Source of the DNA: a virus
Lineage: Duplodnaviria > Caudoviricetes
Length of the DNA stretch: 64,000 nucleotides
Reading direction: 5' to 3' (one strand)
Virus record (IMG/VR): IMGVR_UViG_3300033121_002356
Location: 60,722-124,721 of that record
This document shows positions 10,321 to 21,159 of the stretch, in pieces. The notes beneath the pieces were generated by a model that ran no database searches, had not been told where the DNA came from, and saw nothing but the letters and a program-made list of their open reading frames with translations. Position numbers and translations under genes: made by a program. Within the stretch, counting starts at the first letter, position 1; each line of letters opens with the position of its first letter.

Positions 10321-12240
10321 CTACTCAGGTTTCATTTGAATCCTGAAGTTAAACTCATAGGGCACCATCTCGTTTCCCTCAAAATCTGATGCCTCAACTC
10401 GCACATTTATTAATTTGTTATAGTAATACATAGGAGCAACTGGTTGAATAGTACCTATTAAATATCTTGAATCTAAGTTAGACACAATGTAACCGTTTAA
10501 ATCTTTTGAAAAAGTCTTGTGTGTTTTAAATTTAAAGACTTCTGTTATGCCGCTTGGATTTCTACCTAAATTATCCGAAGATACAATAGGAATAACCTCT
10601 TCATCGAATTCATATTTATTTTCTTTTAACACCTGAATGCTATATCCGGGGGATAACTTGTACGTTTTTTCACGAAATACTGAAAAGGACAGGCCCCTGC
10701 TATTTACAGCATGTACAGTTACTACTATATTCGGGCTTTGCACAAATAAATCAGGAGGCTGGTATGATAACCGATATCCATCCGTAATAGATACGTAGGA
10801 AAAAACTACTTCCTCATAATTATAGTAAAGCTTGGTTGCTGATATATCAATCCCATAAATAGGGTCTGTAATGTCAGCCTTTAAATACGTATTGTTATTA
10901 ACTCGAATCTTGTCATTAATCTCTTCTATAAAAAAGTTATCAATAAGTATCGTATCGTTATTTACTGTTTCATAAGAATATATGGTATCCAAAATATTAG
11001 GAGAAATACTATAGTTATCAGTTCCTGATACAGTTATCGTATATTCCTTGCCCCATTCAAAACACTCATTGGTATAATAACTAAATGTATACCCATTACT
11101 AATGGGAGTAAATAAAACAAAGGAAGAGTCTACTTGGCAAACACCTTCTAATATTATAGGTTGCCCATCTACGGTTATAGTTAGACTGTCTAAATTTACC
11201 CCTGTATGATTATCCAATATATCAAATGTAATAGGAGAGCAAGGATTCTCAAAAAGTCCACCAGATACCGGTAAGGTATTTTCAATATACGGAGGCTCAA
11301 CATCTGGGTCTGCGGTAATAATTCCGTATAATTGTCCTGTATTCTCTATTCTAAAAGAATAATCAAAATTAGTCGTATTTGCTAAAGGAGATGCTAAATC
11401 TTTACCTTGTACATGCACTAATACCGTTTCACCCTCTTGAAATGGGGAATCCTTAGTATAGGTATACCTTATATTATTATAAGGGGGAGTTTCTATTTCA
11501 TATGAAATGGTACCCAATGTAGCGGTATCAACCCCATTCGTTATTACAGCATCGTCCCCAATAACTATATCAAGTTCGCCTAATAAAATACCGCCCAAAT
11601 CGTCGCTCAAAAGAAAAGAAACTTGTGAATCTTTGGGAATTAAAATAGAGCCAGACGCTGGAGATAAATCTAAAACATTAAAAGGCTCTAAATCTAATTG
11701 GCTAATAGTAACTGTGGCTGTTTTTTTAATAGCCTTACTAGAGTCAGGGTCTTCATCCCACTTAGATATTATACAAGTAGAAGAAGCACTACTATTTATA
11801 TCCCCTAAAGAATATTTATCAACAAGCACATTTGTGGGAAGTTTTAAAAAATTGGCATAACTTTGTATTTTTATTGCTCTCTCTACATTATATTCAAAAT
11901 AATCTGAATCTATATTTCTTCCTCTACGAACGTAGCCACTTCTTGTTTTAAATTCTTTAAGTAGAAATTCAAAAAAATTAGAATACGAAAGTGACTTTAA
12001 TTCAAAAGAGCTCAAACTAAATGAATCTATCTTTAAAAAAGAGCTTCTACCTTCAAATGGTAATAAAAAATAGTCTACACTAACGGAACTGGGTACTCCT
12101 TTAAATTTAACACTATAAACAAGCCCTGTATACGAAGATACGAAATAATCCCTAGATACAGGTACATAGGCCGAAGTAATACACTCTCTAGCTAGTCCCC
12201 CTAATTGAAAAACTCTTATGGTTCTTGTACTATCCCCCAT
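10321..12240 (-). CDS. Structural protein with tandem Ig-like (SbsA/Big_5-like) repeats
   Basis: Repeated 'P..I.F.(I/L).D...G(V/I)......I' units, e.g. 'PPYIENTLP...PITFDILDNHTGVNLDSLTITVDG'. Confidence 0.65.
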   Translation of the reverse strand: MGDSTRTIRVFQLGGLARECITSAYVPVSRDYFVSSYTGLVYSVKFKGVPSSVSVDYFLLPFEGRSSFLKIDSFSLSSFELKSLSYSNFFEFLLKEFKTRSGYVRRGRNIDSDYFEYNVERAIKIQSYANFLKLPTNVLVDKYSLGDINSSASSTCIISKWDEDPDSSKAIKKTATVTISQLDLEPFNVLDLSPASGSILIPKDSQVSFLLSDDLGGILLGELDIVIGDDAVITNGVDTATLGTISYEIETPPYNNIRYTYTKDSPFQEGETVLVHVQGKDLASPLANTTNFDYSFRIENTGQLYGIITADPDVEPPYIENTLPVSGGLFENPCSPITFDILDNHTGVNLDSLTITVDGQPIILEGVCQVDSSFVLFTPISNGYTFSYYTNECFEWGKEYTITVSGTDNYSISPNILDTIYSYETVNNDTILIDNFFIEEINDKIRVNNNTYLKADITDPIYGIDISATKLYYNYEEVVFSYVSITDGYRLSYQPPDLFVQSPNIVVTVHAVNSRGLSFSVFREKTYKLSPGYSIQVLKENKYEFDEEVIPIVSSDNLGRNPSGITEVFKFKTHKTFSKDLNGYIVSNLDSRYLIGTIQPVAPMYYYNKLINVRVEASDFEGNEMVPYEFNFRIQMKPE

Positions 12241-12246
12241 ATCATA

Positions 12247-14670
12247 TTATTCGCTCACTGTTGCAGTAATTGTACTTGGAGAGACGCTGCTGCCGACCGT
12301 AAATACCGGATAAGCAGGCGAGCCCCCACCAACAGGCTGATTAGCAACCCCATCTGAATCTGTCAATCTTGTCGCGGGGGCTATAGAGCCGTCCCCATCA
12401 GTAACAGAAAAGCTTATAGTCTTACCAGACAAAGGTACACCCCAGGCATTGCACACGCTGGCAATTACATTAGTACCAGTACCTGTCCCGGCCGCTAATG
12501 TGGGGTCCTCGGCGTTAACGTTAATAAACGCTACCAATCTATCATCTGCGTTATATTGGTACAAACTACCGTCAGTCCCTATTAAATAGATAGTATTAAA
12601 ATCATTTTGATTTATAAATATTGGTAAAGATTTTGTTAAAGTAAACGCAGATAACTCTGTTTCGTCCAACAATAATTCTCTTTCATTTTGTGATGAAAGC
12701 AACCCAGAGGTAGTAACGGTCCTTATAGACAATTGAGATAAATCTGAATCGTAATATGTGTATAAAATAGCCCTCTCAGAAGCAACCAATGATTCCCCAG
12801 AAGAAATATCTATATTAAAGGCCCCCGTAGACATGTTGTACACGTCTCGTACTGGAATCTCTCCTGTTGTATCTAATATACCGGTTTCTCCATCTGAAGA
12901 AATTAGAGTATCATCAAAATTAAATCTCATAAGCTTGTCTTCAATTTTAACGAAAACATAATCATTATCAGTACAAATACCAACAACGCCGCCTATAAAG
13001 TCATTATATGTTTTTACTTCATTATTATCATTAAATCCAAGCCCATTAATAACATCCAAAACAGTAACCACATCATTTGTAATCTCTCCCAATGAATTCA
13101 TTCTGTGGATAGAAAATGAAGGGAAATTTGCGTAGTACCCGGCTCCTGAAGTAACTACAAAGTAGTCTGAAGAAACATTTATCGGCGCAGTAGCAGCACC
13201 ATATATCTGTACCTTAACATCATCTGTAGTAATAGTAGTACCGGGATTAATGTGCTCAGTTGCTAAGGTGCTTATACTTCTTCTAAGGTTAACAGTACCA
13301 GCGGCATCAATTCGCTCAAGTTCATACAAATGAGTATCAAAAGTAATCGTCTGTCCAACAGATGCCCCACTACTAGACTCATCAATCAAAAATTTTAATT
13401 TTGAATTTGTAAAATTTGTACCAGCAGTAGCAGTTCCTAAGCTACCATCAACCCCACCAACAACGGTCCAACTTCCGCTACCATTAGAGGTTAAAGTCCA
13501 TGACTGGACCCCAGATGCTACTGCATATTGTGGCTCTAAGTTCTTAAGCTCGGTGTTATCCGCATTATTCTGTATAGAACTAGCGTACAAAGTATAATAC
13601 ACCGCATCAGTGCTTGTAATATGTGTACTAACCCCCTCAGCAGCAATGACATTATTGTTAACATCTACCGCTCTTAACTCAAATCTACCTGTACCAGAAG
13701 CAGGTATATCCCCTAAATCGGCCCACTCTAATTCTACTATAAAATCACCAGTCAATGTAAAATTACTAGTAAGCATCCCCTCGCCAGAACTAACGTTAAA
13801 CAATAATAAGTCGTCCACAGTTCGAATAAAATTCGGACGCGATTCACTTTCTTCCCATCTAGATGTATTAAAACTAGTAGTGCCAGATATTGTAGTCCAA
13901 TCATCGTTAAAAGAAAGAACACTCTCTGTTAACCCACCAGCATCATTATACTTCAAAATATAGAATACATCATTTCCCTCGCTATAACATACATCCAAAG
14001 TACCTTCCGGGAGCGCTCTAGTAATTCCTTCAGACCCATCTGTTTCACCGGGGTCAGCACTACCTAAAAACCAAAATTTCATTCTAGGGGAAAGTATAGA
14101 CGGCAATAAAACCACCTCAGTAATCATTTCAGCTGAGGATATTACAGTAGTATCTATCTTAGATATTCTGATATAATTAAACTCTTTACTTGTAGTAACG
14201 GGAGGGTTAGCCCCATTATTAAAAGTAGCTACATATTTATAAACATTAGAGGTGTTAATATATGTGACCGCGTACGTAGCTGACACGGCGGTATAAGTTA
14301 CATTATCATAGCTAATCTCTATCTTTATATTGCTAGTACTCCAGTTTCCTTTTGTATAAAAATGAATAACAGATGTAGATACAGGAAAAGGAGTATTTGT
14401 ATACCCCACCACAACTTTTTTAGTACTTGATGGCCAACTCACCCCAACAAACCCTAATTCACTATCTATTAAATGTGGCAGATTACCACTAGAACTATCC
14501 GTTACATATCTAGCATAATTAATACGAGGATTCGTATAATTACAGTATACAATCTGGTTGCTATTATGTAGCATTTTATCAATACCAAATTGACCCCCAG
14601 CCACCCAGTTAACTAGGTCTATACCAACATCTGTTCTTTGCATTTTACCCTGTTCAACAATGGTCGGCAT
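12247..14670 (-). CDS. Structural protein with C-terminal invasin-type Ig (Big_1-like) domain
   Basis: C-terminal 'VIASVCNAWGVPLSGKTISFSV...TDSDGVA...STITATV'. TAATG overlap with the upstream gene. Confidence 0.65.
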   Translation of the reverse strand: MPTIVEQGKMQRTDVGIDLVNWVAGGQFGIDKMLHNSNQIVYCNYTNPRINYARYVTDSSSGNLPHLIDSELGFVGVSWPSSTKKVVVGYTNTPFPVSTSVIHFYTKGNWSTSNIKIEISYDNVTYTAVSATYAVTYINTSNVYKYVATFNNGANPPVTTSKEFNYIRISKIDTTVISSAEMITEVVLLPSILSPRMKFWFLGSADPGETDGSEGITRALPEGTLDVCYSEGNDVFYILKYNDAGGLTESVLSFNDDWTTISGTTSFNTSRWEESESRPNFIRTVDDLLLFNVSSGEGMLTSNFTLTGDFIVELEWADLGDIPASGTGRFELRAVDVNNNVIAAEGVSTHITSTDAVYYTLYASSIQNNADNTELKNLEPQYAVASGVQSWTLTSNGSGSWTVVGGVDGSLGTATAGTNFTNSKLKFLIDESSSGASVGQTITFDTHLYELERIDAAGTVNLRRSISTLATEHINPGTTITTDDVKVQIYGAATAPINVSSDYFVVTSGAGYYANFPSFSIHRMNSLGEITNDVVTVLDVINGLGFNDNNEVKTYNDFIGGVVGICTDNDYVFVKIEDKLMRFNFDDTLISSDGETGILDTTGEIPVRDVYNMSTGAFNIDISSGESLVASERAILYTYYDSDLSQLSIRTVTTSGLLSSQNERELLLDETELSAFTLTKSLPIFINQNDFNTIYLIGTDGSLYQYNADDRLVAFINVNAEDPTLAAGTGTGTNVIASVCNAWGVPLSGKTISFSVTDGDGSIAPATRLTDSDGVANQPVGGGSPAYPVFTVGSSVSPSTITATVSE

Positions 14671-17339
14671 TATTCAATCCTCTTAACCAGTTTGTTTACT
14701 GCGAATCTTCTATCAACACCATTAATATTTACTCTTACGGTTTCCAATCTAATCCCATCTCCTGTGCTATAAAGTTCAAATACTATGTTCTGGTTTCTTG
14801 ATGCAAATGGAAAGCAATTATAAGGAGACACCATAATTATTTCAGGCGGGCTACTTGGTTTAGTCATAAATAAATAATTATGTATAGATTTATTTCCCAT
14901 ATTATCTTCCACGGAAAGATAAATAGACATATCTTGCATATTTTTAAAAGGAATAGCGGGGGTAAACGATACATGGTATACCTCCGACTCATTATCAACT
15001 ACAGGAGAAACCTTTATATTATTAATATAAAGCTCTAATGTATCAATATCTGTACCAGACCCCTCATCATAAATATCAAAACTTATTTCAGCATCTAGAG
15101 GCACATCAACCTCATTCTTATCCGGATAAAAGTTATAAACTACTGGGGCCTTATAATCCTCAATAATATCAAAATAATATGGAATCTCTATAAAATTTGG
15201 AATAGCTGCTTGGTCGAAAAAAGATATTGCAACAAAAACTCTACTTCCAAATTCAAATAACCCGGGGGGATTGTACAGTATTTCTAAGTACTGATTGGCT
15301 ACATAATTAATTATACAATCACCAGTAACTACTTGTTCATTTACAGTAAGCTTAACCGTTTGAATATTTATATTAGTACCAGGAATATCTTTTATTTTAG
15401 CATAAATATTTGTATTTCTTGGTACCTTTATCGCTAAAGGCTCCGGTACAAAAGAAATTGAAAAATCATACTGCAATACAGTGGTTTCAGTATCAATATC
15501 CCCAAACATTCTTACTAATGCTTTATCTGTTTTTGTTTCACCAAGTTGGTTAATTAGCACCAGCCCTTCAACCGTAGAAGTATACAAAATAAGACATTCA
15601 GCTGTTATATCCTCAAAAGATTGAGAAAGTATTTTTGGGGCAGCTCTAACTATCGGGTGAAACTCAGGAGCAGTGCCTCCTCCCCCAACTATCTCGTTAT
15701 AATCTTCCCCCCAGAAGGCCCAGTCTATATCCCGATTCCCATTATGCATATCTCTATAATCATTCTCGGGTGTACCATTATTATAGGTAGCTTGTACAGA
15801 AGGAAACCCAAAATTCTTGTATAAAACTATATTAGACTGGCCGTTTATACTTCCTATTTGTCTAAATAAAGCTCTATCGGCAAGCCCAGAAAGTTGTTTT
15901 ACTAAAACTCTATCCGAAGAAGATAAATACTGATATACGTAACTAAACCCCACAGTATTATTTGATACAGCGGTTACATTAAACTTAACTATATCTTGAG
16001 CGGGCCCCGCTTTATATTTAAATCGTACAAATCCATCATCATTTGTTTCTTTTTGTGTGGAGTTTGCTTGGTCCTGCGGGTCAGAACTACTAAAAGTTAA
16101 AAACACTCCCTCACCGCCTGCTAATGCTACAGCGTCTATATTCACAATTTCTCCGGCAAGAGGAAATCCATACTGGTCAACTACATGTACGTCAATAAAA
16201 GTAGTATCATACTCATTCGCTATAATGGCCTGAAGATGTGGTCTAACAGAAATAGAAGCTACATTTTGTGGAACATTCGTCTTTATATAATTATAACTTC
16301 CATAATTATGAATAAGCATATTATCAAAATCAGCTACCTGATTTTGAAGTCTATATATAAAAGAATCAGAAATGCTTAAATCATATATTGGTAATGCTGG
16401 ATTTTTGTTCGTATCTACATTATCTAAAATAACTGAATCAGTATAAGTCAAAGAATCTGGATGCAAGTATAATAATTGGTTCCCTTTAGTAAATAAAATT
16501 CTATTCAATTCTGGGGAAAATACTGCACCAGTTACATCTTTATAGATAATACCAGTAAATACAGAACTAATAGCACCATCAATGGCACGAATTTTAAAAA
16601 GGCATCCTTGCCCGTCATCAACTCGATAGTTATAATCATTGAATAAATAAATATAGGTATGATAAATAATGTTGGTACCAGAGTTATAATCGTATGTAAC
16701 AGGGTAACGAAGATTTATCCTATACCCGTTCTTATCTGAATCGAATGCGCCTATAGAAACGATTTCATTTTCCTCAACTTTTCCATAATTATATGAGGAC
16801 TCACTCGGTCCTATCACTATTCTAGAATTTGGCACTAATCTCACTATATCGGGGAAATAAATAGAGGACGAACCTGGTTCTATTGGAAAAGAGGTTACAG
16901 AGCGGTGATACTCCACTGCTATAGAGGACGATTTATAATTTTGTCCACTTCTTGATACATATCTAAACACATCCGGCCTAATGTCTCCAGTAGGAGTTTT
17001 TGTAGTACTAAATCTTAAAATGGCATCCTTTAAATTAAACCGACGAATAGTAAGAGCAGTGGTAATGTTCTGCGAATCCACCTCAGATTCTAATGTCCAT
17101 AGGCTAGCGTTCCCTTGAACTATTCCCGCCTCAAACGCGCCCCCTGTAAACTTTAATGAAGTAACTTCTCTAGTAAGGTCATTTATAAGGTCATTACTTA
17201 TAATAGGAAAAGTAGTTACAATAGAACCTGTAGAGTTTTTTCTAATTAATCTAGAAGTTTGATGGTCTATATTATAAAAGTCACTTCCATCAAAAGCAAA
17301 GTTAGGGTAACCAAACTGCACATTTGGGCTTGGAATCAT
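14670..17339 (-). CDS. Structural protein: beta-propeller-like N-terminus, Big_1-like domain, C-terminal Ig repeats; paralog of 17339..18907
   Basis: Collinear motifs shared with the 522-aa neighbour. Contains 'VVDQYGFPLAGEIV..TNDDG' and 'PVVYNFYP...ISFDIYDEGSGTD'. Confidence 0.65.
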   Translation of the reverse strand: MIPSPNVQFGYPNFAFDGSDFYNIDHQTSRLIRKNSTGSIVTTFPIISNDLINDLTREVTSLKFTGGAFEAGIVQGNASLWTLESEVDSQNITTALTIRRFNLKDAILRFSTTKTPTGDIRPDVFRYVSRSGQNYKSSSIAVEYHRSVTSFPIEPGSSSIYFPDIVRLVPNSRIVIGPSESSYNYGKVEENEIVSIGAFDSDKNGYRINLRYPVTYDYNSGTNIIYHTYIYLFNDYNYRVDDGQGCLFKIRAIDGAISSVFTGIIYKDVTGAVFSPELNRILFTKGNQLLYLHPDSLTYTDSVILDNVDTNKNPALPIYDLSISDSFIYRLQNQVADFDNMLIHNYGSYNYIKTNVPQNVASISVRPHLQAIIANEYDTTFIDVHVVDQYGFPLAGEIVNIDAVALAGGEGVFLTFSSSDPQDQANSTQKETNDDGFVRFKYKAGPAQDIVKFNVTAVSNNTVGFSYVYQYLSSSDRVLVKQLSGLADRALFRQIGSINGQSNIVLYKNFGFPSVQATYNNGTPENDYRDMHNGNRDIDWAFWGEDYNEIVGGGGTAPEFHPIVRAAPKILSQSFEDITAECLILYTSTVEGLVLINQLGETKTDKALVRMFGDIDTETTVLQYDFSISFVPEPLAIKVPRNTNIYAKIKDIPGTNINIQTVKLTVNEQVVTGDCIINYVANQYLEILYNPPGLFEFGSRVFVAISFFDQAAIPNFIEIPYYFDIIEDYKAPVVYNFYPDKNEVDVPLDAEISFDIYDEGSGTDIDTLELYINNIKVSPVVDNESEVYHVSFTPAIPFKNMQDMSIYLSVEDNMGNKSIHNYLFMTKPSSPPEIIMVSPYNCFPFASRNQNIVFELYSTGDGIRLETVRVNINGVDRRFAVNKLVKRIE

Positions 17340-18907
17340 TAACTTACTATTTGTTTAACGGATGCAGCTATAGTTACGTCAGTATTATTATTTCCAGCCT
17401 GATAAATTATAGAGGCTTGCCCGTTAACGTCTGTTTGTAATACATCCGTAATAGTCCCGTTATATGTAAGTGGACCTCCTCCTCCTTCTGGATAGTAAAT
17501 AAAAAATCCACCTTGCCCTGATACACCCCCTGTAGCATCATTCTCAGTTAGATTCACAAATACCCCCGATACCGGTTGATTAAACTGGTCTCGTACTGTT
17601 ATTGTTATCGTTGTTGTATCTATATTGTCCGCAGCTATTATTTGTGGAACCGGGCGTAAGCTAATAGACTTCACTAAAGGAAATAAAGGAGTTACAACAT
17701 AATTACAAGTTGTAAAGTTTTCTAATGCACCATTAAAAACCTGTTGAGTCTGAAGTCTAAATAAGGAGCCAGAATAAGAAACACAAGCATCATAAATGGG
17801 TATTACTGTTATTGAATCCACACTAATATTATCAAGGGTCATCGTTTTAACGATTCTTAAATCCTCTTGATTAGGTTCTAAAAACGAAGCATTTGATTGT
17901 TTAGTAAATATTACTTTTCTATCTCTTTGAGAGAAAACAGCACTTGATACGCTACCATACTCAACCCCTTCTACACTCTTTACTATACCGCCTAAATCAT
18001 TTAATAAATATAATGTACCATTATTATAACTACTAAATAGAAATATATTCTTATAGAAGCGTACAGGGGTACCTTCGGGGTAGCTTCGACTCAAAGGGGT
18101 AGCAATTTTAACATCAACGTACCGTAATGGATTACCAGCATATGTAGCTACATAATGTTGGGGAACATCACTAACAGTTGCCGTTTCAAAGTACCCGTCG
18201 TCGTCGGGACCAATGATAATCTTAACAGATGTATCTATTATCTCTGTATCATCGTCATATTTAAACTGCTGTAAAAGCGTTTGCTGTGACTTACTCATGC
18301 CAATGTCTGGGTCGGTCTTTAAGGGGGCCGAATCAGCATATCCGTTTTCTCCTTTGAACTGCTTCGTGCCATGAAGATTGTCCGTTAAATCATCATACAT
18401 TCTTATGTATGTATTTCCTGAATTATTGGCATTATTAGCCGAACCACCTGTTTGTGGCATGAAAGAATCTTTATCTAATAGCTTTGTTTCATAACATTCA
18501 ATAGCCATACTCTCTATGCTAGACCAATTTATAGAATTATTATTCGTTTTAGTTATAGTCAAAGGAGTCACAGCTACAACAGCAGTATTAACACCAGAAG
18601 ATTTACATATATAGTTATCAACTACTAACCTTCTTATTACAATACCGGTATTACCAGCCTGCCCTTCTAATGTCCAAAAACAAGCTCCATTTATAGAATT
18701 CTGTCGGTCGAGCCCCTCATAATGAATAGACTTTACTTCCTGGGTCATAACAGCAGCAACAGGAAAAGTAAAGGCCACATTACCATCATCGGTTTTTTGA
18801 ACGATAGAATTTGTGGTATTATTATAGTAATAAAAATAGATACCATCAAATGTAAAATTCTTATCTGATGCATCTATCTTTAAATTTTTATGGTCAGTAG
18901 TTGGCAT
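17339..18907 (-). CDS. Structural protein: beta-propeller-like region plus C-terminal Big_1-like domain
   Basis: 'ITITVRDQFNQPVSGVFV...TDVNGQASIIYQAG'; paralogous to the downstream gene. Confidence 0.65.
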   Translation of the reverse strand: MPTTDHKNLKIDASDKNFTFDGIYFYYYNNTTNSIVQKTDDGNVAFTFPVAAVMTQEVKSIHYEGLDRQNSINGACFWTLEGQAGNTGIVIRRLVVDNYICKSSGVNTAVVAVTPLTITKTNNNSINWSSIESMAIECYETKLLDKDSFMPQTGGSANNANNSGNTYIRMYDDLTDNLHGTKQFKGENGYADSAPLKTDPDIGMSKSQQTLLQQFKYDDDTEIIDTSVKIIIGPDDDGYFETATVSDVPQHYVATYAGNPLRYVDVKIATPLSRSYPEGTPVRFYKNIFLFSSYNNGTLYLLNDLGGIVKSVEGVEYGSVSSAVFSQRDRKVIFTKQSNASFLEPNQEDLRIVKTMTLDNISVDSITVIPIYDACVSYSGSLFRLQTQQVFNGALENFTTCNYVVTPLFPLVKSISLRPVPQIIAADNIDTTTITITVRDQFNQPVSGVFVNLTENDATGGVSGQGGFFIYYPEGGGGPLTYNGTITDVLQTDVNGQASIIYQAGNNNTDVTIAASVKQIVS

Positions 18908-18909
18908 GC

Positions 18910-19467
18910 TTATTCCTCTTCTATCTGCTCTAATACATAGGGTACTTTATATGAAATTTCATATCTAAAAGGATTGCCGACTATAGAAGTAGGAACCACC
19001 TCGATTCCATCAACAAAAAGTTTTATAGTATCAACATCAATTCCTTTGGCCGGTAAAAAATCCTCAATCGTTACGAAAATACGTTGATGTATATTAACGT
19101 TCTCCTCATTAGAAGCAGGAACAGTAGAAGTCACTAGTGGAGGATAAATATCCTCCATCATTTCGTAAGTACCACCTTCGCTCCAATCTATGCGAGAAGC
19201 AATCTCATTTACAGCTGAAACAATTAAGGCATCTACTGTAGTTTCCTCATTCGAAACTACGTCTTTCCAAATACTAGGAACAGGATTCCCCTCTGTATCA
19301 ACTGCATCTGCAACTGCGATATGTAGTTCCCAAAATAAATCATCAGACCCTTTTTTACTAAACTTAGTCCCTGTCTCCCCATACGGTTTTATAACTTTAT
19401 CTATAGAAACTGTAAACTTTTTTGGGTTAGCTGGGTATAAGGAATTTGTAACTAAAAACGTCGCCAT
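18910..19467 (-). CDS. Small structural protein with one Ig-like (Big_5-like) domain
   Basis: 'PPLVTSTVPASNEENVNIHQRIFVTIED..GIDVDTIKLFVDG'. N-terminus resembles 19469..20383. Confidence 0.6.
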   Translation of the reverse strand: MATFLVTNSLYPANPKKFTVSIDKVIKPYGETGTKFSKKGSDDLFWELHIAVADAVDTEGNPVPSIWKDVVSNEETTVDALIVSAVNEIASRIDWSEGGTYEMMEDIYPPLVTSTVPASNEENVNIHQRIFVTIEDFLPAKGIDVDTIKLFVDGIEVVPTSIVGNPFRYEISYKVPYVLEQIEEE

Positions 19468-19468
19468 A

Positions 19469-20383
19469 TTAGAGACTAAAGTCTATCTGTGCAACCACAC
19501 TAGCAATAGCCTTGGTTAAGAGAGTATCTACGTCGGACGTTGGGCTAGTAGGAACAGAGTCTGGGTCCGACTCAACAAGAGTTTGAACCTTAGACCCACT
19601 AGCTAAAACAACAGATACAGCAGGAGTAACCGTTAAACTAGATGTACCACCACCAGCGGTTATAACAAAGTTTTGTCTATTCCCATTAGCAGCAACAACT
19701 ACTATTGCGGAACCGTCATCAAATCCAGTACCATCAGAAATAGTTAAAGAAGTACCGGAAGAAAAGTTTCCAGTTAACTTAGCTGTTACGATGCTATCTG
19801 ATAAAAGAGCTAAAGCCCGGCTTTCAAAAGGAATATCAAATCCTACCAAAGCTGCAAATCCAGTAGCAGTAGTTCCGTCAGTAATTTCAACCGAACTTCT
19901 TCCAGTCCCAGTATAAGTGTTAGAGATAGTTCCTGATTTTATTTCTATTTTTCCATTTAAATAATCAGAAGAAGAGTTCTTAAAACTAAGATTTCCCGCT
20001 TCAAGCCCTCCTACTTCAGCGAGGCTTCTTATCTCATCTTCTATAGCTGTGGCTATAGAATTTCCAGTATAGATTCCCGGTGGTATAGTTATCTCTCGAC
20101 TTAAAGACCCATCAATGGATACATTTAAATAATTAGTTCCAGAAACAACCGCAAATGGGGTAGATGCCAACCCAGATGATTTAGAAAATCCATTTAATGT
20201 ATATGATACTAATTCGTCATCAATAGAGGCCTCACTAGCATCCAGCGCGCTAGTAGTAACCGTTAAAAACCATCTTTCGTCGCCCTCGCTGAGAGAATCA
20301 ACAATGGATTTCAAGTCTACTGAAACCGTCTTTGTATTGTCTGGATAGTTCACACTATCAACAACTGTTAATGAAGTAGCCAT
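19469..20383 (-). CDS. Virion structural protein (304 aa)
   Basis: GAGAGG RBS; Ser/Thr-rich; tail gene context. Confidence 0.55.
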   Translation of the reverse strand: MATSLTVVDSVNYPDNTKTVSVDLKSIVDSLSEGDERWFLTVTTSALDASEASIDDELVSYTLNGFSKSSGLASTPFAVVSGTNYLNVSIDGSLSREITIPPGIYTGNSIATAIEDEIRSLAEVGGLEAGNLSFKNSSSDYLNGKIEIKSGTISNTYTGTGRSSVEITDGTTATGFAALVGFDIPFESRALALLSDSIVTAKLTGNFSSGTSLTISDGTGFDDGSAIVVVAANGNRQNFVITAGGGTSSLTVTPAVSVVLASGSKVQTLVESDPDSVPTSPTSDVDTLLTKAIASVVAQIDFSL

Positions 20384-20402
20384 TTTTTATAATCCTCTCG
20401 TA

Positions 20403-20771
20403 TTATGTTTCAAAAAATCTTGTACCCGTTTGAACAAAATGTGGGCAATTATCATCCATACACATCCAACCAATACCACCGCCGCCTCTAGACTTTGTTA
20501 TCATTTTACCGTCTGTATAAGGGTGGGTATCGTACACCGCATCACCAAACATAGTATACTCATCTGAGTAAGTAACTACTCCACTTTCTCTTCCGCCATA
20601 AGGAAATTTTTTAGAATTTCCTACATTACTTAAAGTACCGGATGCCACAGCACCAGTATCAACATCCCACCCATCATAAAAATCAAATGAAAACGGGCAT
20701 AACTTATAGCAATGCCCTGTAAAAGGGGTTATAGAAACTGTAACATTATTGTCGCAACTTCTATCTATCAA
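20403..20771 (-). CDS. Small Cys-containing hypothetical protein
   Basis: C-x3-CP and C-x4-CP motifs; overlaps the upstream stop codon. Confidence 0.6.
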   Translation of the reverse strand: MIDRSCDNNVTVSITPFTGHCYKLCPFSFDFYDGWDVDTGAVASGTLSNVGNSKKFPYGGRESGVVTYSDEYTMFGDAVYDTHPYTDGKMITKSRGGGGIGWMCMDDNCPHFVQTGTRFFET

Positions 20772-21151
20772 TACTCATCCACCTCTGCTTTATAAAAAAT
20801 ATTCTTATAATGCTCTGTTTCATTGTGACCTTCAAGAGAAATTTTAATAAATCCACGCTTTCTTATTTTACCAAATAAATCAAAATTAACGTTCTTTAAT
20901 ATGGCTTCCTTAAAGTAAACATAATAAGTACCGTCATAACGAGCGCCATTCCAAAAAAATCGTACAGTGTAGAAGGAATCTATAGCATTTTTTCCGGAAT
21001 AATATTCCGTAAAATCTAAATTAATATTGTCCTGCGGTAATAACTGATAGGAATCTTTTATACCTGGCCCACTAAAATTTGCACCACGTAGCTCTATATC
21101 ACCATTTTCTCTAATCTTATAAAATTCCCAATTTAAAATTATGTAAGACAT
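20768..21151 (-). CDS. Hypothetical protein (127 aa)
   Basis: AGGA RBS; operon packing. Confidence 0.65.
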   Translation of the reverse strand: MSYIILNWEFYKIRENGDIELRGANFSGPGIKDSYQLLPQDNINLDFTEYYSGKNAIDSFYTVRFFWNGARYDGTYYVYFKEAILKNVNFDLFGKIRKRGFIKISLEGHNETEHYKNIFYKAEVDEY

Positions 21152-21159
21152 ACCTATCC

